A stretch of DNA of 45,193 nucleotides, taken from Saprospiraceae bacterium (GTDB taxonomy: Bacteria > Bacteroidota > Bacteroidia > Chitinophagales > Saprospiraceae). Position numbers and translations under genes: made by a program. The notes under the pieces were generated by a model, which was given only the letters and a program-made list of their open reading frames with translations, ran no database searches and was not told where the DNA came from. Location of the stretch: assembly GCA_039927395.1 (NCBI GenBank), contig JBDSUZ010000296.1:1-45193 (forward strand). Direction: 5' to 3'. Of the stretch, positions 35,433 to 44,848 are shown in pieces; within the stretch, counting starts at the first letter, position 1; each line of letters begins with the position of its first letter.

Positions 35433-35894
35433 TCAATCAGGAATTGACTCATTCCTCTGGCCACTTAAATAAATATTCAACTCTTTCAAAATGTCAATGA
35501 ATTCTACTTTGAAAGATCTTTTCTTGTGATGCTCCTTCTGATTTCGAATGTATTTCATAACACCATCTATCTGTCCTTCACTGTAAGAAAATGCTCCATA
35601 ACCTTCCTGCCAACTAAATGGAAATCTACAGAAACCGCGTTCATAAATAAACTGATTCGACGATTTCTTGATTTCCCGTACTAAATCTGACAACTTACAT
35701 GTTGGCCTCATTCCAATCAGTATATGAATATGATCTGGCATCCCATTGATTGCCAGCATCTTTTGCCCCTTCAATGAAACTATTCCTGAAATGTATCTAT
35801 ATAATTCTTCCTCCCATTGGGGTTGAATAAAACTCTCTCTACCCTGAACGGCAAAGATGATTTGTATATGTATTTGCGTAAATGTATTTGGCAT
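35433..35894 (-). CDS. HUH/Y1 single-strand DNA transposase, IS200/IS605 TnpA-like (RAYT-like)
   Basis: 153 aa with the HUH motif in MPDHIHILIG, the WQEGYGAFSYS segment and a C-terminal tyrosine motif KYIRNQKEHH. ATG start. Confidence 0.8.
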   Translation of the reverse strand: MPNTFTQIHIQIIFAVQGRESFIQPQWEEELYRYISGIVSLKGQKMLAINGMPDHIHILIGMRPTCKLSDLVREIKKSSNQFIYERGFCRFPFSWQEGYGAFSYSEGQIDGVMKYIRNQKEHHKKRSFKVEFIDILKELNIYLSGQRNESIPD

Positions 35895-35916
35895 ACCATG
35901 AATTTAGATCTAATAA

Positions 35917-37419
35917 CTATTCAGAATCAGCCACCATCTCTCTCAATTTTTGCCGATCAATCTTGCCGCTACCGTTGGTAGGCAATTCCTTTAATACAAT
36001 GAATTTGGCGGGGATCTTAAATCTAGCAAGTCTTGGTCTTAGGAATTCAATTACTTGCTCGGCCTGCAGATCAGCTCTTGCAAGTAGAAATGCCAATCCA
36101 ACCTGACCCCATTTAGCTGAGGGAATACCAATCACAGCTGCCTGTTCAATGTCGTGATGCAACAACAAGGCATTTTCGATTTCTGCCGGATAGATATTCT
36201 CTCCACCGGAGATGTACATATTCTTAATCCTATCGACTACATATAGATATCCTTCCTCGTCTTCTCTCACCAGATCGCCGGTTTTTAACCACTGACCTTC
36301 AAAGGACTCTTGTGCCAATTCTCCCTGATTCCAATATCCGGGGGTGCGACCTGGGCCTTCAAGCCAAAATTCTCCGGCTTCTCCTTTTGCGACATCAAAT
36401 CCCTGGCTATCAACGCAACGATATTTGACATAAAAATTGGCTCTGCCAATCGAACCAATTTTCCGCAAAGCATCGTCGTGATGCAACGAAGTCACATTTG
36501 GACCATATTCAGTTAGACCGTATCCCTGACGCACCGGAACTCCACGATCATGCCAGGCTGTGATCAGATCAGAGGGCATTGATTCGCCACCTACAATGGC
36601 ATATTTGAGGGCGGAAAAATCAGTATGGTCAAATTCCTCAGAAGCAGTTAGCAGACGCATCATGGTCGGAACAGCCATGAATAATGTTGACTTCTCCGAT
36701 TCGATTGCCTTGAGAAATGGTCCAGATTCAAATTTTCTCATAAAACTTACACAAGCTCCATGATGCAATATGGGCGTCGTAAGAATATGCCAGCCACCAG
36801 TATGAAAGGGAGGAAGACAATTCACAGTTCTGGAATCAGCATCGAGGCTCAGACTCAAGCTTGTGTTGATACTATTCCAAAGCATCATTTTATGCGTATA
36901 GATTACTCCTTTTGGCTTTCCGGTCGAACCCGACGTGTATAGAAGAAAGAGAGGATCATCGACCTCGATACTTGGCATTTGTGTCAGGTGCTCCTGTCCA
37001 ATATTTAAGTCAAATAATTGCTCGATTCTCTCCGAATTTGCTTCTGTAATTAGTTTGCATTTTTTCACCAAATCGACAAATGCCTCTGCATAATATACGA
37101 TGGATGGATTATTGTCTTCAATAATTGAGTCAAGCTCAAGGGGGCTCAAGCGATAGTTGAGTGGAACAATGATAATTCCACTCTTTTGAGCCGCAGAAAA
37201 AATGCCAAAATATTCCATGCAAAAGGTGGCTAGCACCGCCACTCTTTCTCCTTTGATCAGATGGAGATCCTCAATCCAGTGTCTAGCTATCGCGCTTCCC
37301 CGATGATTTAGCTCGGCGTAAGTCATTTCTTGCCCTACATCCAAATCCCGCAACGCGACCTTTGTACCTTGGAGCAATGCCCATTTTGACATCCAGTCGT
37401 TCATCTGATCTTCTTGCAT
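35917..37419 (-). CDS. AMP-dependent acyl-CoA synthetase/ligase (class I adenylate-forming enzyme)
   Basis: Motifs YTSGSTGKPKG, GYGLTE, TGDL...DEEGYLYVVDR and NGSGKIDR. The ATG at 37419 is preferred over the TTG at 37461. Substrate unknown. Confidence 0.85.
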   Translation of the reverse strand: MQEDQMNDWMSKWALLQGTKVALRDLDVGQEMTYAELNHRGSAIARHWIEDLHLIKGERVAVLATFCMEYFGIFSAAQKSGIIIVPLNYRLSPLELDSIIEDNNPSIVYYAEAFVDLVKKCKLITEANSERIEQLFDLNIGQEHLTQMPSIEVDDPLFLLYTSGSTGKPKGVIYTHKMMLWNSINTSLSLSLDADSRTVNCLPPFHTGGWHILTTPILHHGACVSFMRKFESGPFLKAIESEKSTLFMAVPTMMRLLTASEEFDHTDFSALKYAIVGGESMPSDLITAWHDRGVPVRQGYGLTEYGPNVTSLHHDDALRKIGSIGRANFYVKYRCVDSQGFDVAKGEAGEFWLEGPGRTPGYWNQGELAQESFEGQWLKTGDLVREDEEGYLYVVDRIKNMYISGGENIYPAEIENALLLHHDIEQAAVIGIPSAKWGQVGLAFLLARADLQAEQVIEFLRPRLARFKIPAKFIVLKELPTNGSGKIDRQKLREMVADSE

Positions 37420-37512
37420 CAGTGTTTTACATTTCTCTAAAAATACAGCCAAAGGAAACAAATATCACTCGATCGAGGTATTAATTCAATTATGAGAAGC
37501 TGATCGCTGAGC

Positions 37513-38034
37513 ATGAAACAAAATGTATTAAGTTTGAATATGATTTGCAATCGCCTTATTGAGTCTACTTTGGGAAATATCTTGCTGAGCTCAAGTGGCG
37601 ATTTTATTACAAGAATTCATTTTGCAGGGGATGAGGAGATTGAAATAAGTCAGTCGAACCATCCAGTCTTGTTAGAAGCTGAAAAACAGTTGGAACACTA
37701 TTTCTCCGGTGATCTAAAGGAGTTCACAATTCCACTTGCACCAGCAGGTACGGTATTTCAACAAAAAGTCTGGCAACTTCTCTTGCAAATACCTTTTGGC
37801 GTTACGTGTTCTTATCAGGAGCTAGCTCTAAGGTACGGGGACCTACTAAGCATCAGGGCAATTGCCTCAGCTAATGGAAAAAACCCGCTGGCGATCGTAA
37901 TCCCATGTCATAGAGTGATCGGTTCTGATGGAAGTCTTACTGGCTATGCAGGTGGCTTGGATCGCAAGAAATGGCTATTAGCCCATGAGGGAGTTCCCGT
38001 ATTCAGACAAACTGCATTATTCTCGCCATTTTGA
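37513..38034 (+). CDS. ogt: methylated-DNA--protein-cysteine methyltransferase
   Basis: Active-site motif IPCHRVIGSDGSLTGYAGG. The start is ATG 37513 or ATG 37540. Confidence 0.85.
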   Translation: MKQNVLSLNMICNRLIESTLGNILLSSSGDFITRIHFAGDEEIEISQSNHPVLLEAEKQLEHYFSGDLKEFTIPLAPAGTVFQQKVWQLLLQIPFGVTCSYQELALRYGDLLSIRAIASANGKNPLAIVIPCHRVIGSDGSLTGYAGGLDRKKWLLAHEGVPVFRQTALFSPF

Positions 38035-38152
38035 ATGTAAATGAATAAATTCGATTAGACTTTCGCCCAATGCTATAAATATGTAATTGGGCCCAAATTC
38101 AAGATGTGATGCCCATTTTTACCTATTATTTGCCTTCCATATTGCATCAAGC

Positions 38153-39676
38153 ATGTCATTAGTTAGAAAACTGGCAAGTGAAACGGCAGTGTATGGCCTA
38201 AGCAGTATCGTGGGAAGGATGTTGGGATTCTTACTTGCTCCTCTATACACGATCTTACTCCCAAAGCATGAATATGGTCATGTCACTGAGCTAATGTCCT
38301 ATGCAGCATTCTTGATGGTCGTATTTACCTATAGAATGGAAATCGCCTACTTCCGATTTGGGGCTGTCGAAAAGGACAAGAAACTCTCCTATTCAACTGC
38401 CCTGCTTTCGATTTTGATTAGTTCTATAGTGCTATACGCTGGCATCTTGTTTTTTTCAAGAGACATAGCGGATGCTTTACTGTACAATGATCATGTCGAG
38501 TATATCATATACATCGGTATGATCTTGGCATTTGATGCTTTAAGTGAAATACCATTTGCAAGGCTGCGGCTCGAAAATAAACCTTGGAGATTTGCTTCAA
38601 TCCGGCTGATCAACATTGGAGTCAACTTGTTTTTCAACTGTTTTTTCCTGATCATCTGCCCTGCAATACTCAACTACAGCCATTCTGAGTTGATGCGGGA
38701 ATTGATCCTGACATTTTACAAACCTGGTTTTGGTGTAGGTTATATCTTGCTATCGCAAACATTAGCAAGTGGTCTTACTGTTCTAATGCTGATTCCATAT
38801 TACCGCGACATTCCACTGCAGTTTGATTGGAAGATGTGGCGAAATATGCTGACATATTCATGGCCTTTGATCATCGTTGGATTTGCCGGTGTGGCAAATG
38901 AAACCTTAGACCGTGCCTTGATGAAATGGCTCCTACCTGGCACACAAATTCAAAATGATGCACAAGTGGGGATATACGGAGCTTGCTATAAGCTTACGAT
39001 GATCCTCACTTTGTTTACGCAAGCATACAGATATTCCGCAGAGCCTTTCTTTCTCAAGCAGGCGGCGGAAGGGCAATCGAGGCATATCTATGCTCAGACC
39101 ACAAAGTATTTTCTGCTAGTCGCCTCCATAGGACTTTTGGTCACCTACTTATACCTCGACATTATCAAACTTTTGATTGCTGCTCCTTATCGTGAGGGAA
39201 TTGGCATTATTCCGATCTTGCTTTTCGCCAATCTATTTCTTGGATTGTACTACAATATGTCGATCTGGTACAAGATCACTGACAAGACGATAATCGCTAC
39301 TTATATCAGTGTGTTCGGGGCATTGATTACTGTCGTTGGCAATTTGGTACTGATACCTTTGATAGGCTATATGGGCGCTGCTTGGTCAACTTTTGCATGT
39401 TATCTGAGCATGCTGGTGATCTGCTACTTAGTTGGTCAGAGATATTATCCAATTCCTTATCAGGTACGCTACTTGAGTTTCTTCATACTATTGGCAGCCT
39501 TGATTTGTTTAATCAATGGATTTCTGGTACAAAGAATCCCCATGCTTTGGCTTCGATTATTGCTAAATACAGGATTGCTGTCGGGATTTTTGGTCTTTAT
39601 CTACCAAATGGAAAAGGACAAAATAAAGAATGCACTCAAGCGCAAGGTCAGCGACAGTGGTTCAACACCCGCTTAG
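38153..39676 (+). CDS. oligosaccharide/polysaccharide flippase (MOP/Wzx-like) membrane protein
   Basis: ATG at 38153 (MSLVRKLASETAVYGLSSIVGRMLGF...). About 12-14 TM helices typical of Wzx-type exporters. Confidence 0.7.
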   Translation: MSLVRKLASETAVYGLSSIVGRMLGFLLAPLYTILLPKHEYGHVTELMSYAAFLMVVFTYRMEIAYFRFGAVEKDKKLSYSTALLSILISSIVLYAGILFFSRDIADALLYNDHVEYIIYIGMILAFDALSEIPFARLRLENKPWRFASIRLINIGVNLFFNCFFLIICPAILNYSHSELMRELILTFYKPGFGVGYILLSQTLASGLTVLMLIPYYRDIPLQFDWKMWRNMLTYSWPLIIVGFAGVANETLDRALMKWLLPGTQIQNDAQVGIYGACYKLTMILTLFTQAYRYSAEPFFLKQAAEGQSRHIYAQTTKYFLLVASIGLLVTYLYLDIIKLLIAAPYREGIGIIPILLFANLFLGLYYNMSIWYKITDKTIIATYISVFGALITVVGNLVLIPLIGYMGAAWSTFACYLSMLVICYLVGQRYYPIPYQVRYLSFFILLAALICLINGFLVQRIPMLWLRLLLNTGLLSGFLVFIYQMEKDKIKNALKRKVSDSGSTPA

Positions 39677-40487
39677 CCACTTCAACGCTAAGTTGCTTGT
39701 TCTTATCCTCATCAGAATATACATCGGCCCTTACTTTGAATATGATGGAGCTCTCAAGCACTACCAATTTTTGACTCAGTTTGTCCCATACTGCTCGTTC
39801 ACCAATAGATAGCATTGGTTCATACCGCTCGACATAACTAAGAGACACATTGAGATCCAGATATGTGCTGTCACTCACAAAAACTGAATCTTGCAACATC
39901 AGATGACGTATAGAATCTGCCTGCTCCAATCCAACATTGCTATATAGCCTCGTAAATGCTTTTTGAGCTTTGAGATCGGAATCATCTTGTGCCCCGAAAT
40001 ACTGAATCTCGCCGATGCCCAACTCATTAGTAACTTGATACGGGAGTTTCCAATTGTCACCAAACAAGGTGTCCATGCGACTTCCGGGCCATTCGTATGA
40101 GCATGTATTGAGTTGAGGAAGATTATCGACTAGATGACTTTCCCTGTTGATGGAGTCGATCATTCCAATCTCGTTGCTACTACTATCGCGTATCATTAAT
40201 TGGTATAAAGTGTCTTCGCTTAACAATTGACAGAGGTCCAATTGATCGGTCAGGCAAGTCAATTTATTGACTTTGGCAGGAATTGGCGTGGGAACGACGG
40301 CCAAAGCTGGATTAGAATCCGTACGGCAACTTTGGATTGCGAAAGTCAGCAATACGCCGCCTACAATAAATGAGCGATAAGAGAACACAAAGCTTGAATT
40401 GAGCTGAAAAATAGACAATTTCTGCAATAAATAATTTAAGTATGCTGATTCCTTTGGGCAAATTAGACGTCCTTCTTGCGCTGCCAA
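39648..40487 (-). CDS. hypothetical exported protein or lipoprotein
   Basis: Hydrophobic N-terminal segment ending in AIQSC. No recognisable domain. The start is uncertain: TTG at 40487 overlaps the rsgA stop, and downstream TTG/GTG candidates exist at 40427, 40418 and 40388. Confidence 0.45.
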   Translation of the reverse strand: MAAQEGRLICPKESAYLNYLLQKLSIFQLNSSFVFSYRSFIVGGVLLTFAIQSCRTDSNPALAVVPTPIPAKVNKLTCLTDQLDLCQLLSEDTLYQLMIRDSSSNEIGMIDSINRESHLVDNLPQLNTCSYEWPGSRMDTLFGDNWKLPYQVTNELGIGEIQYFGAQDDSDLKAQKAFTRLYSNVGLEQADSIRHLMLQDSVFVSDSTYLDLNVSLSYVERYEPMLSIGERAVWDKLSQKLVVLESSIIFKVRADVYSDEDKNKQLSVEVAKRVLNHCR

Positions 40488-41413
40488 TGATTTTGCTCCT
40501 CGATTTCTGATAGAATTTGTATGTAATGATCGTAACGAATTTCACTAATATACCCGTCTACACAAGCCTTTTTGACGGCGCAGTGTGGTTCATTGCGATG
40601 TGTGCAGTTGTTATATTTACATTGACTTGACCATTTGAAGATTTCCCTGAAATTGTGCACCACATCCAGAATTTCCAAATTATTAAAGCTCAAGCTTTTG
40701 ATACCTGGCGTATCGATAATCGCTCCACCACCATCAAGAGGTAGCATCTCCGCAAATGTTGTCGTATGCTGTCCTTTGCCGGAATGATCAGACAGCTCTC
40801 CAGTACGAAGGGTCAAATTTGGCTCCAAGGCATTGACGAGGGAAGATTTACCGACTCCGGATTGCCCAGAGAGCAAGGTAATACTGCCTTGTAGTGCCTC
40901 CTTTAACTCGAGCAATCCTTCACCACTAATCACTGAAGTAAGAAAGGCTTGGTAGCCGAGCGATTTGTATACAGTACAAAGCGTATTTGCAAGATCTATC
41001 TCATCGGGCTCGTACAGGTCAGATTTGTTCAAGGCGATGATGACCGGTATATCCTGCGGTTCTGTCATCATCAGAAATCGATCGATAAATCCTGGCTTTA
41101 GCATCGGATCCCTAACTGTTACTATCAAGAGTGCCTGATCGATATTTGCAGCGATCAAGTGCAACAGATGCTTGTTGTGAGGAGATTGACGGACGATGTA
41201 ATTCTTTCTCGGAGAAATGCCAGTAATGATGGCATTTGTTTCCTCCCCAGCCTCCATCTCGTATTGCACATGGTCGCCGACACCGATTGGGTTGGTCAAT
41301 TTCTTATCCAACAAGCGCAATTTGCCTACTGTGCGGGCCAGTAAGACTGGTCCTGAACTATCCTGGATTTGGTAATAACTGCCGGTAGATTTTAGGACGA
41401 CGGCTTCTTTCAT
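40463..41413 (-). CDS. rsgA: ribosome small-subunit-dependent GTPase A
   Basis: Circularly permuted GTPase motifs (NKSDL ... GQSGVGKSSL ... DTPG) and a C-terminal zinc cluster (C..C.H......C). Confidence 0.9.
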   Translation of the reverse strand: MKEAVVLKSTGSYYQIQDSSGPVLLARTVGKLRLLDKKLTNPIGVGDHVQYEMEAGEETNAIITGISPRKNYIVRQSPHNKHLLHLIAANIDQALLIVTVRDPMLKPGFIDRFLMMTEPQDIPVIIALNKSDLYEPDEIDLANTLCTVYKSLGYQAFLTSVISGEGLLELKEALQGSITLLSGQSGVGKSSLVNALEPNLTLRTGELSDHSGKGQHTTTFAEMLPLDGGGAIIDTPGIKSLSFNNLEILDVVHNFREIFKWSSQCKYNNCTHRNEPHCAVKKACVDGYISEIRYDHYIQILSEIEEQNHWQRKKDV

Positions 41414-41473
41414 ACCGCAAAGTAATGAAAATTGGCTCTTAGATTCACAGCCTCCCTTATACTTGGACTCATG

Positions 41474-42214
41474 CTATAAGTCGCGACAGCCTGCGATTGC
41501 TCTTGCTAGTTCGGGATCCTTTTCAAAGGCAGTTCCAATGACTATAGCATCTGCACCGGCCTTAAAGATAGCTGCTGCTTGTTCAGCTCGCTTGATCCCT
41601 CCACCTACAAGAATCGGTAGGTCCACAAATTTGCGGATCATGCTTATCATCTCGACTGGAACATGTTTGTCGGCTCCGCTTCCAGCTTCTAAGTAGAACA
41701 TCTTTAACCCCAGATATGCGCCTGCTAAGGCTGTACAAGCTGCTATTTCAGGCTTATCTGCAGGGATTGGAATAGTCTGAGTGATATAATTAACAGCCGT
41801 ATATCGACCTCCATCAATGAGTATGTAACCCGTAGGGATGACTTCCAATTTTGATTGAAATAGCCTTGGGGCCGCTTCTACATGCCTGCCGATTAGATAA
41901 TCCGGGTTCCTTCCGCTGATCAATGATAACAACAGAATGGCATCAGCATCATTGGAAATCTGCATTTGATTGCCAGGGAACAAAATTATTGGAATATTGC
42001 AATGCTCCCTAATTTGCTGAATACATTGCTCCAGCACATCTTCAAGTACTACGCTTCCGCCGAGTAGGATATAGTCCACACCGATTTCGACTGAAACCTT
42101 TAAAGTCTCAACCAGGTTGCCAATGCGCAACATATCTGGATCGACGACTAGAATTATTAGCTTTTTGCCTGCCGCATGTGCCTCTTTGATCGATTGCAAA
42201 ATTCCTGCTGCCAT
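41474..42214 (-). CDS. geranylgeranylglyceryl/heptaprenylglyceryl phosphate synthase family protein (PcrB/GGGPS)
   Basis: 246-aa TIM-barrel pattern: DPD near the N-terminus, YLEAGSGA, and GGGIK...A....AGAD.IV.G. Confidence 0.8.
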   Translation of the reverse strand: MAAGILQSIKEAHAAGKKLIILVVDPDMLRIGNLVETLKVSVEIGVDYILLGGSVVLEDVLEQCIQQIREHCNIPIILFPGNQMQISNDADAILLLSLISGRNPDYLIGRHVEAAPRLFQSKLEVIPTGYILIDGGRYTAVNYITQTIPIPADKPEIAACTALAGAYLGLKMFYLEAGSGADKHVPVEMISMIRKFVDLPILVGGGIKRAEQAAAIFKAGADAIVIGTAFEKDPELARAIAGCRDL

Positions 42215-42424
42215 ACATATGATTTGTGCTCAAATGTAATTGACTTTAAAGCATACGACCAAAAAATAAAAAAACCGACAAAGAAAGCTATACCGGGTTT
42301 ACACTGACATTTCTCGAACCATATTCTACTCAATTTGATTTTTTGAGCTATTTCTGTTTTCAAATTCGTAATAAACCTCCATCCAGCATTCTTTAGGAAA
42401 AGTAAAATAATAAATTCGCTCCTA

Positions 42425-43789
42425 TTAGTTTGCCATTTGAAGGCTGTTTTTATCATCTAAGCTTTCCAAATCAACCACCTGTTTTACCTGCTTGTCGATA
42501 TTCAAAAACTGCAAAAACAACCACGCCAGTGCAATAAAAAAGGTAAAGGCAAACAGTGAAGCTTGCCAGTCAAAATTGGACCGGATCGGCCCGATTAATG
42601 AAGCAAAAGTCATTTGACCAATATTTGCAATTGTCATATACAAGGTAAATTGACTTGCCGAAACTTTTTTCCAACAACATTGCATGGCAATGGCAAAAAT
42701 GGCGATACTGGCAAATGTGTAGAGCAAATTATTCAATAGCATAAATGCATAAATAAAACTTCTGTCGTTCCAATAGATTTCTGAAAAAGCTAAAATGGCC
42801 ACTGATAATATAGATCCGATAAAATAAATACTCAGCATCCGCTTTTTGCCATATTTGTCAATCAAAAAACCACCGATGAGCATGCCCACAATCCCTCCTA
42901 TCAGTTTAGCAATTGCATAATTCTGGGAGTATTCCAAATTTGTCCAACCCAATTCCTTGACTGTAAAAATGGGGAGCAGTGTTGAAATATATTTGAAACT
43001 ACCCTGGCTTGCAAATAATACCAGAGCAAGCAATATTGAGTTCCTTAACCTAAATACACTGAATAAAGACTTGAATATCTGACGCCAGTCAGTCAACTGC
43101 GATTTTTTATTTTCAGTCGACGCGCGACCCTTGCTCCAGGGAACAAGTTTTTCTCCTGGCCGCTCCCTTAAAAATATAGGGACCAACATAATAATGCCAA
43201 TAACAATCGCCATCATCCACATCGCAACTGCAAAACTATACTTGTTTAACAGCCAGGTACCCAATGCCAGTGAAATCGATAAACCGCAAATTTTTGAACC
43301 CCACATCAAAGCATTGCCCTTAGCCTGTTGGTCTTCCGGTATTATATCCACTGCCATGCCATCAGTAGCCACATCCTGAAATGCTCCAAAACATGAAACT
43401 ATAAAACCTGCTATCATCAGGTGGTTCAGGTTGTTTAATGGGTCGGGTATAAAAGCCATATAAGTGCAACTGACCACAAGGCCTAATTGACCTACCAGTA
43501 TCCAGGGCCTTTTCCTTCCCATTGACAACAATGTATAACGGTCCATCATGGGTGCAACAATAAACTTTAAACTCCATGGCAGCACTGTAATTACTGCAAA
43601 ACTTGCAATTTCTCCGGCTGATTTTCCATTCATTGCCATCCAGGCCGGAATGCCAAAAGTTAACATTCCTTCAGGAACACCCTGAGCAAAATACAAGGCG
43701 ATAAAATTGAAATATCTTAAAAAAGTATTTTCCGAAAGCGCAGGAATTGTATTGCTTTGATTTAACGGAATACTGATGCTTGCTTTCAA
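42425..43789 (-). CDS. MFS transporter (AmpG/PAT-like, tentative)
   Basis: 12 predicted TM helices and the N-terminal LYFAQGVPEGMLTFGIPAWM motif region. TTG start. Confidence 0.7.
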   Translation of the reverse strand: MKASISIPLNQSNTIPALSENTFLRYFNFIALYFAQGVPEGMLTFGIPAWMAMNGKSAGEIASFAVITVLPWSLKFIVAPMMDRYTLLSMGRKRPWILVGQLGLVVSCTYMAFIPDPLNNLNHLMIAGFIVSCFGAFQDVATDGMAVDIIPEDQQAKGNALMWGSKICGLSISLALGTWLLNKYSFAVAMWMMAIVIGIIMLVPIFLRERPGEKLVPWSKGRASTENKKSQLTDWRQIFKSLFSVFRLRNSILLALVLFASQGSFKYISTLLPIFTVKELGWTNLEYSQNYAIAKLIGGIVGMLIGGFLIDKYGKKRMLSIYFIGSILSVAILAFSEIYWNDRSFIYAFMLLNNLLYTFASIAIFAIAMQCCWKKVSASQFTLYMTIANIGQMTFASLIGPIRSNFDWQASLFAFTFFIALAWLFLQFLNIDKQVKQVVDLESLDDKNSLQMAN

Positions 43790-43857
43790 TGAGGTAGCGT
43801 TTAGATTTGATAAGGGATGCCAAACTTCTTCAGGCCAGATCTAAATAAATTTTTATA

Positions 43858-43891
43858 ATGTCCTCAAGGGCTAAGCAACCCTCGAGGACAT
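43858..43891 (-). terminator. hairpin downstream of gene 43907..44650, a possible terminator
   Basis: A 13-bp stem, ATGTCCTCAAGGG/CCCTCGAGGACAT, with one mismatch and an 8-nt loop. It starts 16 nt past the stop codon. An AT-rich tract follows on the minus strand, but not a clean U-run. Confidence 0.4.
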
Positions 43892-43906
43892 TCAACTTTG
43901 AATAGT

Positions 43907-44650
43907 CTATTTTGAACTTAAATCCTTTCGCATAAAAAGTAATTCACTCCAACTTTCGTCAATATTATCAGCAACATCTTTGAGGTATTGCTCAAAAGAA
44001 CCCTCTCCATTTACCTCCTCATAGGCTTCTTTGAAGGGTTTGCGAAAACCAGCCGCCCTTTCCTTCAAACCTTGCTTGTACCTTGTAACCAAAGTGTATT
44101 GACCTTTACCTGAAGAACTAGCTGAATAAACGGCAACTGTCACTCCGGTAGCGGTCCATGTCTTTTTTAGTTTCCTTATGATCTTTACGACTTCATCGCC
44201 CTTAGCAATTTTGGGATATATATGACTAATATTGATTTTATCAGTAAAGTCGCTCAGGGCTATTGTACTTAATGAATCGATATAAACAGAATAACCTGCA
44301 GACATGCGGTCTGTCAAGTAGACGGATACACTTTTGTTCCAGTCCAGGGTATGCGCTTCACCAAGATCGCCTCGAGCATCTTCACCTGCCCAACTAGTCG
44401 GGCCTTCGGTAATGTGATAGCCACCTGCATCGGGGCCAGATTGAATTGCAAACACATGCCAGGTAGCATCACCGGTATGATATTTTTGGGCATGGGCAGC
44501 CAGTCCCTTTTCAAATTCCAGCACTTTGTCCATTTTAGGAAATACCCGCTGAGTAGATATTACATTCTTTGTTTGACTATTACCTGCAATAGGATTTAGT
44601 ACACAAAGCAAGAAAATCAACTTTGTCGTAAGGCAGAGAATTTTGTACAT
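43907..44650 (-). CDS. hypothetical secreted protein
   Basis: ATG start and signal peptide MYKILCLTTKLIFLLCVLNPIAGNSQ. No domain recognised. Confidence 0.55.
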   Translation of the reverse strand: MYKILCLTTKLIFLLCVLNPIAGNSQTKNVISTQRVFPKMDKVLEFEKGLAAHAQKYHTGDATWHVFAIQSGPDAGGYHITEGPTSWAGEDARGDLGEAHTLDWNKSVSVYLTDRMSAGYSVYIDSLSTIALSDFTDKINISHIYPKIAKGDEVVKIIRKLKKTWTATGVTVAVYSASSSGKGQYTLVTRYKQGLKERAAGFRKPFKEAYEEVNGEGSFEQYLKDVADNIDESWSELLFMRKDLSSK

Positions 44651-44848
44651 GTTTGGATGTTTAATTGGTTAGAAGAAAGTTTAAATTGCTACTGATTGCT
44701 TCTGGCAGCAGTTACAATTGATTTGGTAAAATTCTTCCATTCACCAGCTTTTTGTGCGTACAAATCCACCATTATACCGTACTTTTTTCCTTTTTAACAG
44801 GACAAATTGTGCATCAACAGGATAAATTCACCATTTAACAAAGAAGCT

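Noticed and set aside
39648-39676. A 29-bp overlap of the convergent 3' ends of the flippase gene and the hypothetical gene, and a 25-bp overlap of that gene's TTG start with the rsgA stop (40463-40487).
   Set aside because: Small convergent overlaps are common. The start overlap probably reflects a mis-set start, since downstream TTG/GTG candidates exist. It is not evidence of anything special.
42262-42300. A possible terminator downstream of the MFS gene (AAACCCGG...CGGTTT followed by a T-run on the minus strand).
   Set aside because: The stem is only about 6 bp with a bulge and a 16-nt loop, and it lies about 125 nt past the stop codon. This is too weak to call.
42157-42456. A 99-aa ORF spanning the PcrB-MFS intergenic region.
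   Set aside because: It overlaps the start of one gene and the stop of another, is low-complexity and AT-driven, and has no motif. Treated as spurious.
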